The notes under the pieces were generated by a model. The model was not told where the DNA came from, made no database searches, and saw nothing but the letters and a program-made list of their open reading frames with translations. A stretch of 61,651 nucleotides of DNA, counting the filler, from a bacterium (GTDB lineage Bacteria > JAMOTN01): the NCBI GenBank assembly GCA_027062325.1. It is 3 parts of 3 records of this genome, joined end to end, with 100 filler letters (N's around TTAATTAATTAA, not from the genome) between each part and the next. Parts side by side here need not be neighbours in the genome. Positions count along the whole stretch, not along the records: positions 1 to 28,465 come from JAMOTN010000050.1; 2 more parts are not named here. The stretch is one strand, 5' to 3'. Every line of letters starts with the position of its first letter. Positions within the stretch are counted from its first letter, which is position 1. The translations under genes were made by a program, and so were the position numbers. Shown here piece after piece: positions 9,851-19,580 of this stretch.

Positions 9851-10786
9851 GTGGCTTTTGCAAGGTTTGTTATTAAGGCGTTGACCGTGTTAACAATTAT
9901 AAGTATGGTGATTTATGCAGTAGTGATTATTAAAGTAGCTTCTTACAAGGAGTATGTGAAAGGAGCTACTGTTCCTAAGGATACTTTGAACTTGAAAGAG
10001 TTTAATAAAGTTAAAGATTTGACAAATGTTTACCTTACGGTAGAAGTAGATAACAAGGAGAGAGCTGAAGTTTTAAAGGGATTTTATACTTTTGAGGGGG
10101 TAAAATCGTTTATTTGGAAAAATGGAGAAAAGTGGAAGGTTGCTTTTAAGGGAGAAAGTGATAACTTGAACTATCTTGCTCAAGTGTTTGAGTTAGCAGG
10201 GTACATCTACAAATTTGAGAAACTGCCGCAAATGGAAGCTTCTTTCGAGATAAAGAATGTATATTATAAGGAAAATAGCATGAATATTAGCTCTTCTAGT
10301 TTGGCGGAAACTGGAAGCACTGCTGTTAGTATAAGGGATATTGTGGGAATGGACATTGATAAAAAAGCAACTGAAGAATTTAAGGTTGGAGATTCAGAAA
10401 AAAGCGTAAATAATACTGCTTCGGCTAAAAGGGTTAAGGAGAATGTTACTGTAATAGTTAAAAATGGAAGCGTTAAAAAATTACTTCAAGTGGGGGAAAG
10501 TTCAACTGAGAAGAAAAACTCTTCAAAAATTGTGGCTTTGCAACGAGTGAAGTGGCAGAATTTGCCCAAGGGAAAGTATGTTCAAATAGCTAGTTATAAG
10601 GATCCCGAAATTGCTAAGATGCTTTGCTCTGTAGCTGTTAAGGAGACTAAATTGCCGTTTTTTGTGCTTGAAAAAAGTGGAATGTATAAGGTAATTGCAG
10701 GACCTTACTCTAGTGATAAGGTTAAAGATGTTCTTAAAACTTTAAAAAATTACAGTTACAACGACTATTTTATTTTTGAAAAGTGA
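9851..10786 (+). CDS. Membrane-anchored SPOR-domain protein
   Basis: N-terminal TM helix; C-terminal YVQIASY...YKVIAGPY. Confidence 0.75.
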   Translation: MAFARFVIKALTVLTIISMVIYAVVIIKVASYKEYVKGATVPKDTLNLKEFNKVKDLTNVYLTVEVDNKERAEVLKGFYTFEGVKSFIWKNGEKWKVAFKGESDNLNYLAQVFELAGYIYKFEKLPQMEASFEIKNVYYKENSMNISSSSLAETGSTAVSIRDIVGMDIDKKATEEFKVGDSEKSVNNTASAKRVKENVTVIVKNGSVKKLLQVGESSTEKKNSSKIVALQRVKWQNLPKGKYVQIASYKDPEIAKMLCSVAVKETKLPFFVLEKSGMYKVIAGPYSSDKVKDVLKTLKNYSYNDYFIFEK

Positions 10787-10802
10787 TAAAATTTTTGTGT
10801 GG

Positions 10803-10829
10803 TTCAATTTCTTTCGATTTAGCCGAAAA
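10803..10829 (+). promoter_or_regulatory. Possible sigma28 (FliA/SigD) promoter
   Basis: TTCAATTT-N11-GCCGAAAA compared with consensus TAAAGTTT-N11-GCCGATAA; lies upstream of flagellar genes. Confidence 0.45.
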
Positions 10830-10876
10830 TATATTGAGGAAAATGGGATGTGCATTTAATTTTTGGAGGAGGGTGT

Positions 10877-12646
10877 ATGGAAAGGAGAGTTGTAGTTAAG
10901 GCTAGAACTATTAAAGAAGCGGTTGCGGCAGGAGAGGTAGAGTTAAAAAAAGATAGCTCTGAGCTCGAGTGGAAGGTTATAGCTTTTAAAATGTTTCCCC
11001 AAGAGGTTACCGTTGAGATATTTGAAAAGAGAGAATGGGATATAGAATTTGAAATTCTGCCGGATAACAATGTTGTCATGAAGCTTGTTGGTGGAGCTTT
11101 GAGTTTTATGGAATTGAGAGAGGTTATTAACTTACGGAAATTACCCTTTACTGATAAGTATATTAAGGAACTGCACAAAATATTGTTGATGGAAAGAAAG
11201 GTCCTTTTGGGAAGTTTGGAGGAGTTAAAGGTTGAGAGTTTAGATTCAACTTTTTCTTTTAGAGATTTGGAAAGAGCAGTGGCTCTGGAGATAAGTTTAA
11301 CAGCACCGCGTGGCTTTGGAAAGAAACCTACTTTGAAAAAAATACTAAAGGCCTTAGAATCCAGAAAGGTTAAGAACGATTACATAGATGAAATTGGGAT
11401 AAAGAGGCTTATAAAAGAAGGAGAAGGGAAAGCAATTATTGCAGTTGGGAAAGCTCCTGTAAAAGGAAAGGATGGAAGTATAACTTGGTTTGTTTCTGAA
11501 CCAACTTATAAGCCCAAAATACTTGAGGATGGACGGGTTGATTTTAAGTCTATTGACTTTTTTAGAAATGTTAAAGCCGGGCAGGAAATATTGGAAGTAG
11601 AGAGAAGTATTCCGGGGAAGCCTGGTGAAAACATATACGGACAAGAAGTTCTCCCGCCACCTGTTAAAGAGGTAAAAGTTTTGACGGGGAAAAATGTCTT
11701 CTGGGATGGTAATAAATTAAAAGCAGAAAAAAGTGGATATTTGGTTATAGAGCCTCATGGAAAGGTTGAGATTCGAGAAGTTATTGAGTTGGATGAAGTT
11801 GGTTTAGAGACTGGAAATATAGAGTTTGATGGTTTGGTAAAGGTAAGAGGAGATATAAAAGCTGGGTACATAGTAAAAGCGGGAGTTGGAATAGAGGTTG
11901 CGGGAACTGTTGAAGAAGCAAAGCTTTACTCGGATGGGCATGTTTATATAAAGGGAGGATTTCTTGGCGGAGAAAGTGGAGAGATAGTTGCTAAGGGAGC
12001 AGTTAAAGCAAAATTTGTGAATGGAGGTAAGATTACTGCTGGTAAGAATGTGATAATAGATTCTTATGCTGTTAACTGTGAGATAAATTCTGATGCCTCC
12101 ATATATTGCGTTGGAGACAAAGGAGTGATTGCAGCTACAGCTTTTGCTCTCTACTCAATTGTAGCGAGAGAATTTGGGAGTAAACTTGGTGTTAAGACTC
12201 GCATAGAGGTTGGATTTTTGCCATCTTACAAGAAAAAGAAGGAAGAGTTAATGGATAGATGGGATAAGTTAAAAAAGACTATTGAAGCCGTAAAGATGAA
12301 GATGGATGTTCTTGTTATAAAAATAAGAGAGGGTAAAGCGACTGATAAAGAAAAGGAGGAGTTTGTTAAGATAAAAAAAGCGTGGGATGCGCTACTTGTT
12401 GAACAAGCAAATTTAAAGAAGGAGTTGGGAGAGACACTAAAGATTCTTTACGAGACTAGTGTTGTCTCACATCCTGAATGCCGTATTGAAGTTTTGAAAG
12501 TAGCTCATTTGAATACGTTTTTCCGAATAGGGGATTATCCATATGCAGTTACACGTGTTCCCCTGACCACATCTGCTCTTGTTGTGCGTGATGATGAGGT
12601 TAGAATTGCGGAGCCGTTGTTTAATCCAAAGAAGTTAATAGTTTAG
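10877..12646 (+). CDS. FapA/DUF342 family protein with a Jag_N-like N-terminus
   Basis: GRVDFK, PGKPGENIYG, TGNIEFDG.V.V.G, beta-helix and coiled coil; SD GGAGG before ATG 10877. Confidence 0.85.
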   Translation: MERRVVVKARTIKEAVAAGEVELKKDSSELEWKVIAFKMFPQEVTVEIFEKREWDIEFEILPDNNVVMKLVGGALSFMELREVINLRKLPFTDKYIKELHKILLMERKVLLGSLEELKVESLDSTFSFRDLERAVALEISLTAPRGFGKKPTLKKILKALESRKVKNDYIDEIGIKRLIKEGEGKAIIAVGKAPVKGKDGSITWFVSEPTYKPKILEDGRVDFKSIDFFRNVKAGQEILEVERSIPGKPGENIYGQEVLPPPVKEVKVLTGKNVFWDGNKLKAEKSGYLVIEPHGKVEIREVIELDEVGLETGNIEFDGLVKVRGDIKAGYIVKAGVGIEVAGTVEEAKLYSDGHVYIKGGFLGGESGEIVAKGAVKAKFVNGGKITAGKNVIIDSYAVNCEINSDASIYCVGDKGVIAATAFALYSIVAREFGSKLGVKTRIEVGFLPSYKKKKEELMDRWDKLKKTIEAVKMKMDVLVIKIREGKATDKEKEEFVKIKKAWDALLVEQANLKKELGETLKILYETSVVSHPECRIEVLKVAHLNTFFRIGDYPYAVTRVPLTTSALVVRDDEVRIAEPLFNPKKLIV

Positions 12647-12661
12647 TTATAAGTCTTATTT

Positions 12662-13168
12662 ATGGAGGGGATAGAGGTGACGGCTAATGCAAATGTTGAA
12701 TTTGAAGAGGAGATCATAAAGGTTGATACAAGGTTTGGAGTATTAGAAGTTCCAAAGTCAAAGATATTTAAATTTCCATTTGGAATAATAGGTTTTGAAA
12801 GTCATCAAGAGTACATCATGTTTGTGTTGCCAAATAAAGAGATTACTATACTTCAGGCTGTGGATTCTCCAGATATTGCGTTTCCACTGGTAGATCCTTT
12901 TGTTTTAGTGAAGGGATACAAGGTTGAGTTGAAAAATACGTGGATTTCAGCGTTAAAGGTTGAGGACAAAGATGAAATTGTTGTATTTGCGATTGCAACT
13001 TTTAGAAGAGGAAAGAATGGCTTAAAAATGACATTAAATCTCAAAGCTCCTGTAGTTGTGAACTTTACTAAGAAAGTAGGTGCTCAGATTATTCTAGAAG
13101 ATGCAAATTGGCCTATAAGGTATGAAGTTGAGTTAAAAAAGGATAAGAATGTGGAAGGTGATAAGTAG
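12662..13168 (+). CDS. fliW: Flagellar assembly factor / CsrA antagonist
   Basis: TRFG, FPFGIIGFE, DPF, NLKAPVVVN; adjacent to csrA. Confidence 0.95.
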   Translation: MEGIEVTANANVEFEEEIIKVDTRFGVLEVPKSKIFKFPFGIIGFESHQEYIMFVLPNKEITILQAVDSPDIAFPLVDPFVLVKGYKVELKNTWISALKVEDKDEIVVFAIATFRRGKNGLKMTLNLKAPVVVNFTKKVGAQIILEDANWPIRYEVELKKDKNVEGDK

Positions 13169-13423
13169 ATGTTGGTTCTCACAAGGAGAAAAGATGAAAG
13201 TATAATGATAGGGGATAATATAGAAATTGTAGTTGTAGAAATAAAAGATAGTGCTGTTCGAATAGGGATAAAGGCTCCTAAAAATATACCTGTTTACAGA
13301 AGCGAAGTTTATTGGGCAATAAAAGCTGAAAACTTAGCAGCTACAGAGACCTTTGAGGTTGACTTACTTGGAGAATTTGAAGATAATAGTATTAGTCTTG
13401 TTGGAGATGACGAGTCAAAATAG
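13169..13423 (+). CDS. csrA: Carbon storage regulator with C-terminal extension
   Basis: [16 protein letters not shown]...VRIGIKAP...VYRSE. Confidence 0.97.
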   Translation: MLVLTRRKDESIMIGDNIEIVVVEIKDSAVRIGIKAPKNIPVYRSEVYWAIKAENLAATETFEVDLLGEFEDNSISLVGDDESK

Positions 13424-13435
13424 GGGGGAAGGAGT

Positions 13436-13717
13436 ATGTGGACACTCTTTCTTATATTCCACTTTATTGTTGCAATTGCGCTGATAGTTTTGGTTATGCT
13501 TCAATCTGAGAAGAGTCGAGGCTTGGCGGGGGCTTTTGGAGGAGGAGAAGCTTATACTGTATTTGGATATAGAGAAGGATGGAACTTTATAAAGAAGCTA
13601 ACTGCGGTAGTGGCTGTGATATTTCTGACAACCTCTCTTGTTATTTATGTTGTGAGTACGAAAAAACATGCTGCTAGCAAGGTTCAAGCTCCTATTGAGC
13701 AGGCAAATAACAAGTAA
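13436..13717 (+). CDS. secG: Preprotein translocase subunit SecG
   Basis: Two TM helices, LQSEKSRGLAGAFGGG, KKLT. Confidence 0.92.
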   Translation: MWTLFLIFHFIVAIALIVLVMLQSEKSRGLAGAFGGGEAYTVFGYREGWNFIKKLTAVVAVIFLTTSLVIYVVSTKKHAASKVQAPIEQANNK

Positions 13718-14354
13718 TGGACTAAAGAAAATTGTTGTTGGATGTGTTTTTCTTATATTGAGTTTTTTTTATCCTAAGGGAGTTGCAGCTCCTTTTGCTG
13801 AGTTGAAGTTTCTTTACTGGAATGAGGTGCTTTCTACTCTACCCCAAGTAGAGTTTTACTTGTTTTTTGATCCTAATAAGGTGATGTGGGATAATGGAAG
13901 AGTTGATACGTTGTTTAAATTTCAAAAGTGTGAATCTTCGATGTTGTCTTCTGAATCTTCAATTGAAGAGGTGGTGGAAGATATATTTAGGAGTTTACAG
14001 GAAGAAGAAAAGTTAAATGTGGAGAACTTACCTTTTAAAATAACACTGATGTGTTGCGGAGATACTTATAAAAGAAAATACGTTGTGAAAGGGTACGATT
14101 ATGCGGAATACAATTTTAGTTGGATAAAAGTTGGGAGGTGTTTTAAGGAGAAGGAGAGCTTTTATTACAAAGGGAAAGTTATAAAAAGCATCAAAGTTGT
14201 ATATTCTATTGGTAGAGAAGCTAGTTGGATTTCCCAAATGGTGCTTTTTGACAGTTTGAAGGAGAAGTACTATGTATATGATGTGAGATTACTTCCTTAT
14301 TTTACGGCAATTAACTACTATTTTCTTGTTGATCTTTGTGATATATGTCGTTAG
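13668..14354 (+). CDS. Hypothetical, probably exported protein (start uncertain)
   Basis: ORF fills the gap between genes; signal-like KKIVVGCVFLILSFF. Confidence 0.55.
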   Translation: MLLARFKLLLSRQITSNGLKKIVVGCVFLILSFFYPKGVAAPFAELKFLYWNEVLSTLPQVEFYLFFDPNKVMWDNGRVDTLFKFQKCESSMLSSESSIEEVVEDIFRSLQEEEKLNVENLPFKITLMCCGDTYKRKYVVKGYDYAEYNFSWIKVGRCFKEKESFYYKGKVIKSIKVVYSIGREASWISQMVLFDSLKEKYYVYDVRLLPYFTAINYYFLVDLCDICR

Positions 14355-15751
14355 GAGGGTTGCATGTGAGAGCAGATGTGTTTGAAGAAGATTTGAAGCT
14401 AAAGGAGTTGGAGGAAAAGTTTCTAGCTACTCTTTTACGATATCCCGACTTAGTTTTTCCAAACGTTGCTTTATCAGGTGTTAAACCTTCTGATTTTAGC
14501 GACGAATTAAATAAGATTGTTTTCAGATTGCTCTATACTTTTTGGGAGAGTGGTGCATGGGATAAATTATTTGCTTTCTTGGATGAGTTAAAAGGGGAAG
14601 AAAAGGTTGTAGCGGAAAAGATAAATTCGCTGTTTAAAGAAAGCACATTTGATGCGGAAGAGGCTTGCTATACGTTTAAAAATGAAATTCTTGCTTTGAA
14701 GTTTATAAAAAGGTTTAGGGAATTGAATGACGAGATAAGAAAAAATTTTCATCTTGCAGTGACTAAGCTTTTTAAGGTAATTAAAGAATCTGAAGGAATG
14801 ATTGCTGGAGAAGATGATGAGTTAAAACTGGGTTTTCCAGAATTTGAGAAGAAAACATTGGGTTTGATACCGGGGTTGTATTTGGTTGCAGGAGGAACAG
14901 GGACTGGTAAGACAAGTTTTGTTTTGCAACTTGCTTGGCAGATAGTTAGTTTTAACAAAGATGTGTCTGTACTAGTTGTTAGCTTTGATTCAACGTCAGA
15001 TAAGGTTTACGATAGAATCATTGCTCAGATGACGCGTGTTTCATGGGAGAGGGTTAGATTGTCTGATTTTGAGTCTGAAATTTCTCGTATGAAGGTTCAA
15101 AGAGCTCGTCGCAAGGTTGCGAAACTTGGAGATAGATTTACTGTATGGGATGAGAGAAATTTTGGAATGATTGAACTTAATTATTTTTTAAATAGGGTTG
15201 CTACATGGAGAGCACAGCATCCTGGAAGGGCTGTTGTTGTTGTTGATCCGGTAAATATGATAAGAGTTGAAAGATCGAAAGAGATTTCTATAAATGAGAC
15301 TCTTGAAGTCGTGATCAGAGATTTTAAGAGTTTTGCGACGTTGATGGATGTTTCTATAGTAGCTGTAGCAAATGTTTCAGACGTTGGAGTGAAAAGACCA
15401 AGTTTAAAAAGTTTCTCTTCAACTCCGTCGTTGCTTTATCTCCCTCATGTTGTGATAGCTGCTTATTGTGATTTTCTAAACAATCCCGAAACGGAGTTGT
15501 TGGAATGGGAATGGGGCACAGAGGATGTTATGGTGCCAATTGTTGAGATGAAGTTTATTAAGAATAAACTTACAGGTTTTTCCGATACGTTATTCTATCG
15601 ATATTGGGGAAGTGCTGGTTACTTCAAAGAGTGTGCTATTGAAGAAATGGAGAATTATCGAGAGATGATAAAAAATTTAGAATATCACCGAAGTTTGAAG
15701 CAAGAAAGAGAAAGAAAGGACAAGGTTGGAAAAGAACTAAACTTAGATTAG
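14345..15751 (+). CDS. Divergent DnaB-like helicase/ATPase (start probably GTG 14366)
   Basis: Walker A GGTGTGKT, DnaB-like N-terminus, VVVVD Walker B, RPSL and KNK motifs. Confidence 0.75.
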   Translation: MSLGGLHVRADVFEEDLKLKELEEKFLATLLRYPDLVFPNVALSGVKPSDFSDELNKIVFRLLYTFWESGAWDKLFAFLDELKGEEKVVAEKINSLFKESTFDAEEACYTFKNEILALKFIKRFRELNDEIRKNFHLAVTKLFKVIKESEGMIAGEDDELKLGFPEFEKKTLGLIPGLYLVAGGTGTGKTSFVLQLAWQIVSFNKDVSVLVVSFDSTSDKVYDRIIAQMTRVSWERVRLSDFESEISRMKVQRARRKVAKLGDRFTVWDERNFGMIELNYFLNRVATWRAQHPGRAVVVVDPVNMIRVERSKEISINETLEVVIRDFKSFATLMDVSIVAVANVSDVGVKRPSLKSFSSTPSLLYLPHVVIAAYCDFLNNPETELLEWEWGTEDVMVPIVEMKFIKNKLTGFSDTLFYRYWGSAGYFKECAIEEMENYREMIKNLEYHRSLKQERERKDKVGKELNLD

Positions 15752-15758
15752 AAGAAAA

Positions 15759-16340
15759 ATGGGGGATGAAAGCGTGAATTTGGAAAAGGTGATTGTTGTC
15801 TTGAAGAAGGTACTTATATTGGGAATAATAATTTGGATAATGGGGATGGAAGCAGTTTTTGCCAAGGCTACGTTTGAGATTACTTCAGAAATTAACCTTA
15901 AAGCTGATAATGCTTCGAAAACAATTACTCGTATTAACCGATCAAATCTTGCTCAGTCTGAGCAGAAGAAAGAAAAATCCAAAGTTTCTCATTCTCCTTT
16001 GAATGCGATTTACAACAATGCTTATCCAAATAGATTGAAAGAGTTAATACTGGATGTTGGAATGTGGTTTTTTGTAATACTTGCTTCAATACTTTCACTT
16101 GCTTGGTTGTTGAAGAAAGGGGTTGTACCAAGATTTGGAATTAGCCGCTATCAGCGTGTTGTTGATAGTATAACTTTACCCAATGGTGTTACGTGCTATA
16201 TTGTGCAGGTTGGGCAGTCTTCTACGGAGGCAAACTTTTTCTACATTGTTGTGACATCTGCAAATGCAGTATCAGTTGCCCCTCTTTCAGATTTAGATTC
16301 CCAACGTTTGTTTACGGTTTTAAATGATACATTGAATTGA
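15759..16340 (+). CDS. FliO/FliZ-like flagellar export protein
   Basis: Signal, TM ending WLLKK, then VVDSITLPNG.CYIVQVG, a FliO-type pattern. Confidence 0.6.
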   Translation: MGDESVNLEKVIVVLKKVLILGIIIWIMGMEAVFAKATFEITSEINLKADNASKTITRINRSNLAQSEQKKEKSKVSHSPLNAIYNNAYPNRLKELILDVGMWFFVILASILSLAWLLKKGVVPRFGISRYQRVVDSITLPNGVTCYIVQVGQSSTEANFFYIVVTSANAVSVAPLSDLDSQRLFTVLNDTLN

Positions 16341-16362
16341 ACTTTGACAGTGTGTTGTACTG

Positions 16363-19300
16363 CTATCTCATCTCTATTCTGGAGCGTGGTGTAGGCCTTA
16401 CTGGAGAAGGTGCAGTGGGCGAGGGGGATATCAAGTTTATTGATCGCCTACGTATGAAACGAGATATGTTTGTGTTTGAAGCAGAGAAAACCTTGAACAT
16501 GGATTTTCCAGAGGCTTTAGCTGATAGTTTAGCTTTTCTTATGTTTAAAGTGATCTTAAGTCTTCTTTTAAAGCCGTTGAGGTCTTTTGTTTCTATTATA
16601 AGGGGCAAACTTTGCCCTGCCATTTTGTCCCAGAAAATGAATTCTAGAGCTATTATTTTGCCTTCTACAGATGCGAAAATTGGAAGCTCTGGGGTTAGAT
16701 CAGTTAATTTAACACCGCTAGTTCCTTCAATCTGATCTATATTTTCGATTCCCTTCAATATGGCACCTGTAAAAAGTGAATTTGGTAAAAACCTTAATTT
16801 TATCATTCCGGATTTCAAAGCAGAGTTTTGAATTGGGTCAAATTCTCCAAAGTTGACTTTGAGTTTGAATGGAGTGGTTCGAACGATGGATGGTGCCGAG
16901 TTGTTGACGTATATTTTTAGTTCTTTTATACCTGCATTGGATGGATCTTGTGAGTTATCGTAAGGAACTATGGTAAGTAAGTAAGGAATCTTTGTATATA
17001 TCTCGAATTCATAGGAAGCTTCTTTTTCATTGTTTGCTGCCTCTCTAAGTATTATGTCACGCCAATTATTGCCGAGCATGTCATTTAGGATGGTTTTGAT
17101 TTTGTTCATTTGATGTGCGGAAACATAAGGTAGAGAGTTTGAACTTATAAAGATTTGAGTTAACTGTTTAATCATTGATCTGTTGTTGGAAGAGTCTATT
17201 AGATTGAACATAATTTTAAATGGATTGTCGTTTTCTTCTTGATAGTAGGCTTCTAGTAATCTGTCTATATTGGAGGATATGGAGTTAACTGAGTTTTTAA
17301 TATTATCTAATGCTTGCTTGAACGAGTAAAACCAGACATCAGGAATTGTATAATCTTCTGCGGCTTTGAAAGAGGCTATCAGATTTGCTCTTACTATATT
17401 TCTGCTAAAGTCTTTTCTAAGCATACGATATAGATTAGCAATTATATTTGGTCTGTCATTGTCAAGAGAGATAACTTGAAATGCCCTTGGGAAGTAAAAC
17501 GGTAGAACTTTTGATTTAACAGTGTTGAATTCATATCTATCGGTAAATATTTCGCTTTCTTTTATTCTGAATGAAATGTTTCCTTTGATTTGGGATTTGA
17601 GTGTGTTATTTATTGGAAGTTTATAACCGTAAATTTTCTCAAATACGTCACTTGGCCTGCCTAATTGATCTAGTATTCTGTCTTTGGAACCACGAATTCC
17701 ATAGTCATAGGCTAAAAGATAGATGTAAAAATTGGTATCTCCGCACGATGAGGGAGCCATAAGAGTTGTGAATAGGGATTTAACCTTCAGTGATCCTCGC
17801 TCACTATTTACGGGACTGATATCAAAACTTCTGTCTTCTTCCCATATTAGAGGAACAGCTCCAGAATTGTGGGGAGAGACAAAGAAAGATAAAACATCAC
17901 AATTCAGTTGTTCATCTTCGGTATATCTATTGGCATCGGTGACGAACAAAGTGATGGGGATTATGTCTCCACTCGGCATAATTTCCTTGTAAGTGTAAGG
18001 ATTACCTCCATTTGATGGTCTGCTGTCTCCCATCATAAGTGGTGGAGTAATGTCTAAAATCAAAAAGCCGAAAGGAGGTGTCGTGATGTACTTGGTGTCA
18101 CGAGATTCTTCAAATCTCAGTCTTGCATCGTCATCGCCTCTTTTTTCGACGTATATATTCACCTCAGAAATTTTAAACTTAATGTAAAATTCTACTGGGG
18201 AATTTGTAGGGTACTTCATAAATTCGTCGGCAAGTTTCAGTTTTATTGTGACTTTTGAATTTTCATTATCATTCTCAACTTTGTATTTAGAAGCTCCAGG
18301 TCTTATAGTATTTGAAATTTTATAGACAATTTTATTGGCAGAACGGTCAATGGTTTCTAAATCAGCATTTTTAATAAGTGGTTTTCCAGCACTTGCCAAG
18401 TCGAAGAGGTAGGGGAATTTGGTTTTGATTATGACGTAGACTTTTTCAAGAGCCATAGCTTTCATTATTAGAATCCTCCTTCTAGAATCAGATAATCTGG
18501 CAGTAGTTATAGGATCGTCGTTTAGTTTAACTTTGGCTATTATCTCATCTCCTTCTTTGCTTGTTTCTATTGAGATATGATGATTAAAGTATTTGCGTAT
18601 GTGCGTTCTGTCTTTAAAGAATTGGGAATTCTTAAAAATTGCTTCTACCTTTAAGTTAATTTGAGAGTCTTCTACACACCAACCGTTATTGTACATTGCA
18701 TTTCTTTCGTTGATTGCATCTCGGATTATGTCTTGGGTGATCGTCGCTGCACCTCCTGCACCTGTTAAGACGGTGTATATTCCAGTTAAAAATCCCCATA
18801 CATCTGCAAATGAAGAGGTGCGACCAAGAATTGCAAAATACGATTTTTTAACTTTTACTTCTAAAGAAGGAGTGTTTTGAATAACTTTGTAAGTGTCTTT
18901 TGGTAAAAAAGTTATGTCATTTTCCAAAGTTGTAGCGGTGGTAGCGTTTATAGTAAAAGCAATTGATGGAGCACTGGTAGAAGTTAGAACTTCAAGTGTT
19001 GCAGAGACAAATGCTATTCTATCTGGTGCTGTTATTGCTCCTGGAACGGTAGAAAAAAGCGTGTAAAATTCTGTGTAATCATTGGAAGATAAGTTTTCGT
19101 AGTTTATGATTACCATTGCTTTGTAGGGTTTAGAAGATCCAGAATAGACAAGTAGGCCATTTTTGAGATTGTTGATTAGGCTGTTTGCCTCAATGTTTCT
19201 GTCAATGTATGATACCCATCTACCATCTTGAGTAAGTATTTTTGACGATAGATGAACGTCACCTGATATATTGACATTCCCTAGAGAGGGAACTTTTAGG

Positions 19301-19407
19301 TAGACGCTGCCGTTGTTTATTAAAAATGAGAATGCAGAGGAGGAGATATTTAATACTATGAATGCGAGTATTAAAAATGAGCGAGTTCTCAATTTTATTC
19401 CAGCCAT
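16363..19407 (-). CDS. Large exported hypothetical protein (1014 aa)
   Basis: 3-kb open frame; N-terminal signal peptide (SSSAFS); SD GGGGTGA. Confidence 0.85.
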   Translation of the reverse strand: MAGIKLRTRSFLILAFIVLNISSSAFSFLINNGSVYLKVPSLGNVNISGDVHLSSKILTQDGRWVSYIDRNIEANSLINNLKNGLLVYSGSSKPYKAMVIINYENLSSNDYTEFYTLFSTVPGAITAPDRIAFVSATLEVLTSTSAPSIAFTINATTATTLENDITFLPKDTYKVIQNTPSLEVKVKKSYFAILGRTSSFADVWGFLTGIYTVLTGAGGAATITQDIIRDAINERNAMYNNGWCVEDSQINLKVEAIFKNSQFFKDRTHIRKYFNHHISIETSKEGDEIIAKVKLNDDPITTARLSDSRRRILIMKAMALEKVYVIIKTKFPYLFDLASAGKPLIKNADLETIDRSANKIVYKISNTIRPGASKYKVENDNENSKVTIKLKLADEFMKYPTNSPVEFYIKFKISEVNIYVEKRGDDDARLRFEESRDTKYITTPPFGFLILDITPPLMMGDSRPSNGGNPYTYKEIMPSGDIIPITLFVTDANRYTEDEQLNCDVLSFFVSPHNSGAVPLIWEEDRSFDISPVNSERGSLKVKSLFTTLMAPSSCGDTNFYIYLLAYDYGIRGSKDRILDQLGRPSDVFEKIYGYKLPINNTLKSQIKGNISFRIKESEIFTDRYEFNTVKSKVLPFYFPRAFQVISLDNDRPNIIANLYRMLRKDFSRNIVRANLIASFKAAEDYTIPDVWFYSFKQALDNIKNSVNSISSNIDRLLEAYYQEENDNPFKIMFNLIDSSNNRSMIKQLTQIFISSNSLPYVSAHQMNKIKTILNDMLGNNWRDIILREAANNEKEASYEFEIYTKIPYLLTIVPYDNSQDPSNAGIKELKIYVNNSAPSIVRTTPFKLKVNFGEFDPIQNSALKSGMIKLRFLPNSLFTGAILKGIENIDQIEGTSGVKLTDLTPELPIFASVEGKIIALEFIFWDKMAGQSLPLIIETKDLNGFKRRLKITLNIRKAKLSAKASGKSMFKVFSASNTNISRFIRRRSINLISPSPTAPSPVRPTPRSRIEMR

Positions 19408-19428
19408 AGTGAATCACCCCACTTCAAA

Positions 19429-19456
19429 TTGAAGATAATCTAATTTTTCCTATAAT
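19429..19456 (+). promoter_or_regulatory. Sigma70-type promoter for the transporter-kds-lpt operon
   Basis: TTGAAG-N16-TATAAT; the -35 element overlaps palindrome CTTCAA-A-TTGAAG (19422-19434). Confidence 0.55.
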
Positions 19457-19580
19457 ATTAGACGCATGAGTGTAAGGATAAATCAATTTATTGAAATTCT
19501 ATTTTTTTAGGAAAAGCTATAAATGTAAGATTGATTTAGGCGGCAGGTGAGTGCAGGGTGAAAGTGGGAAAAAACTATGA

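Noticed and set aside
14345-15751. DnaB-like gene (and recD2) as prophage markers
   Set aside because: No integrase, structural genes or att repeats; neighbours are housekeeping genes
16337-16735. 132-aa plus-strand ORF following the fliO-like gene
   Set aside because: Lies almost entirely antisense to the 1014-aa gene and has no recognisable motif
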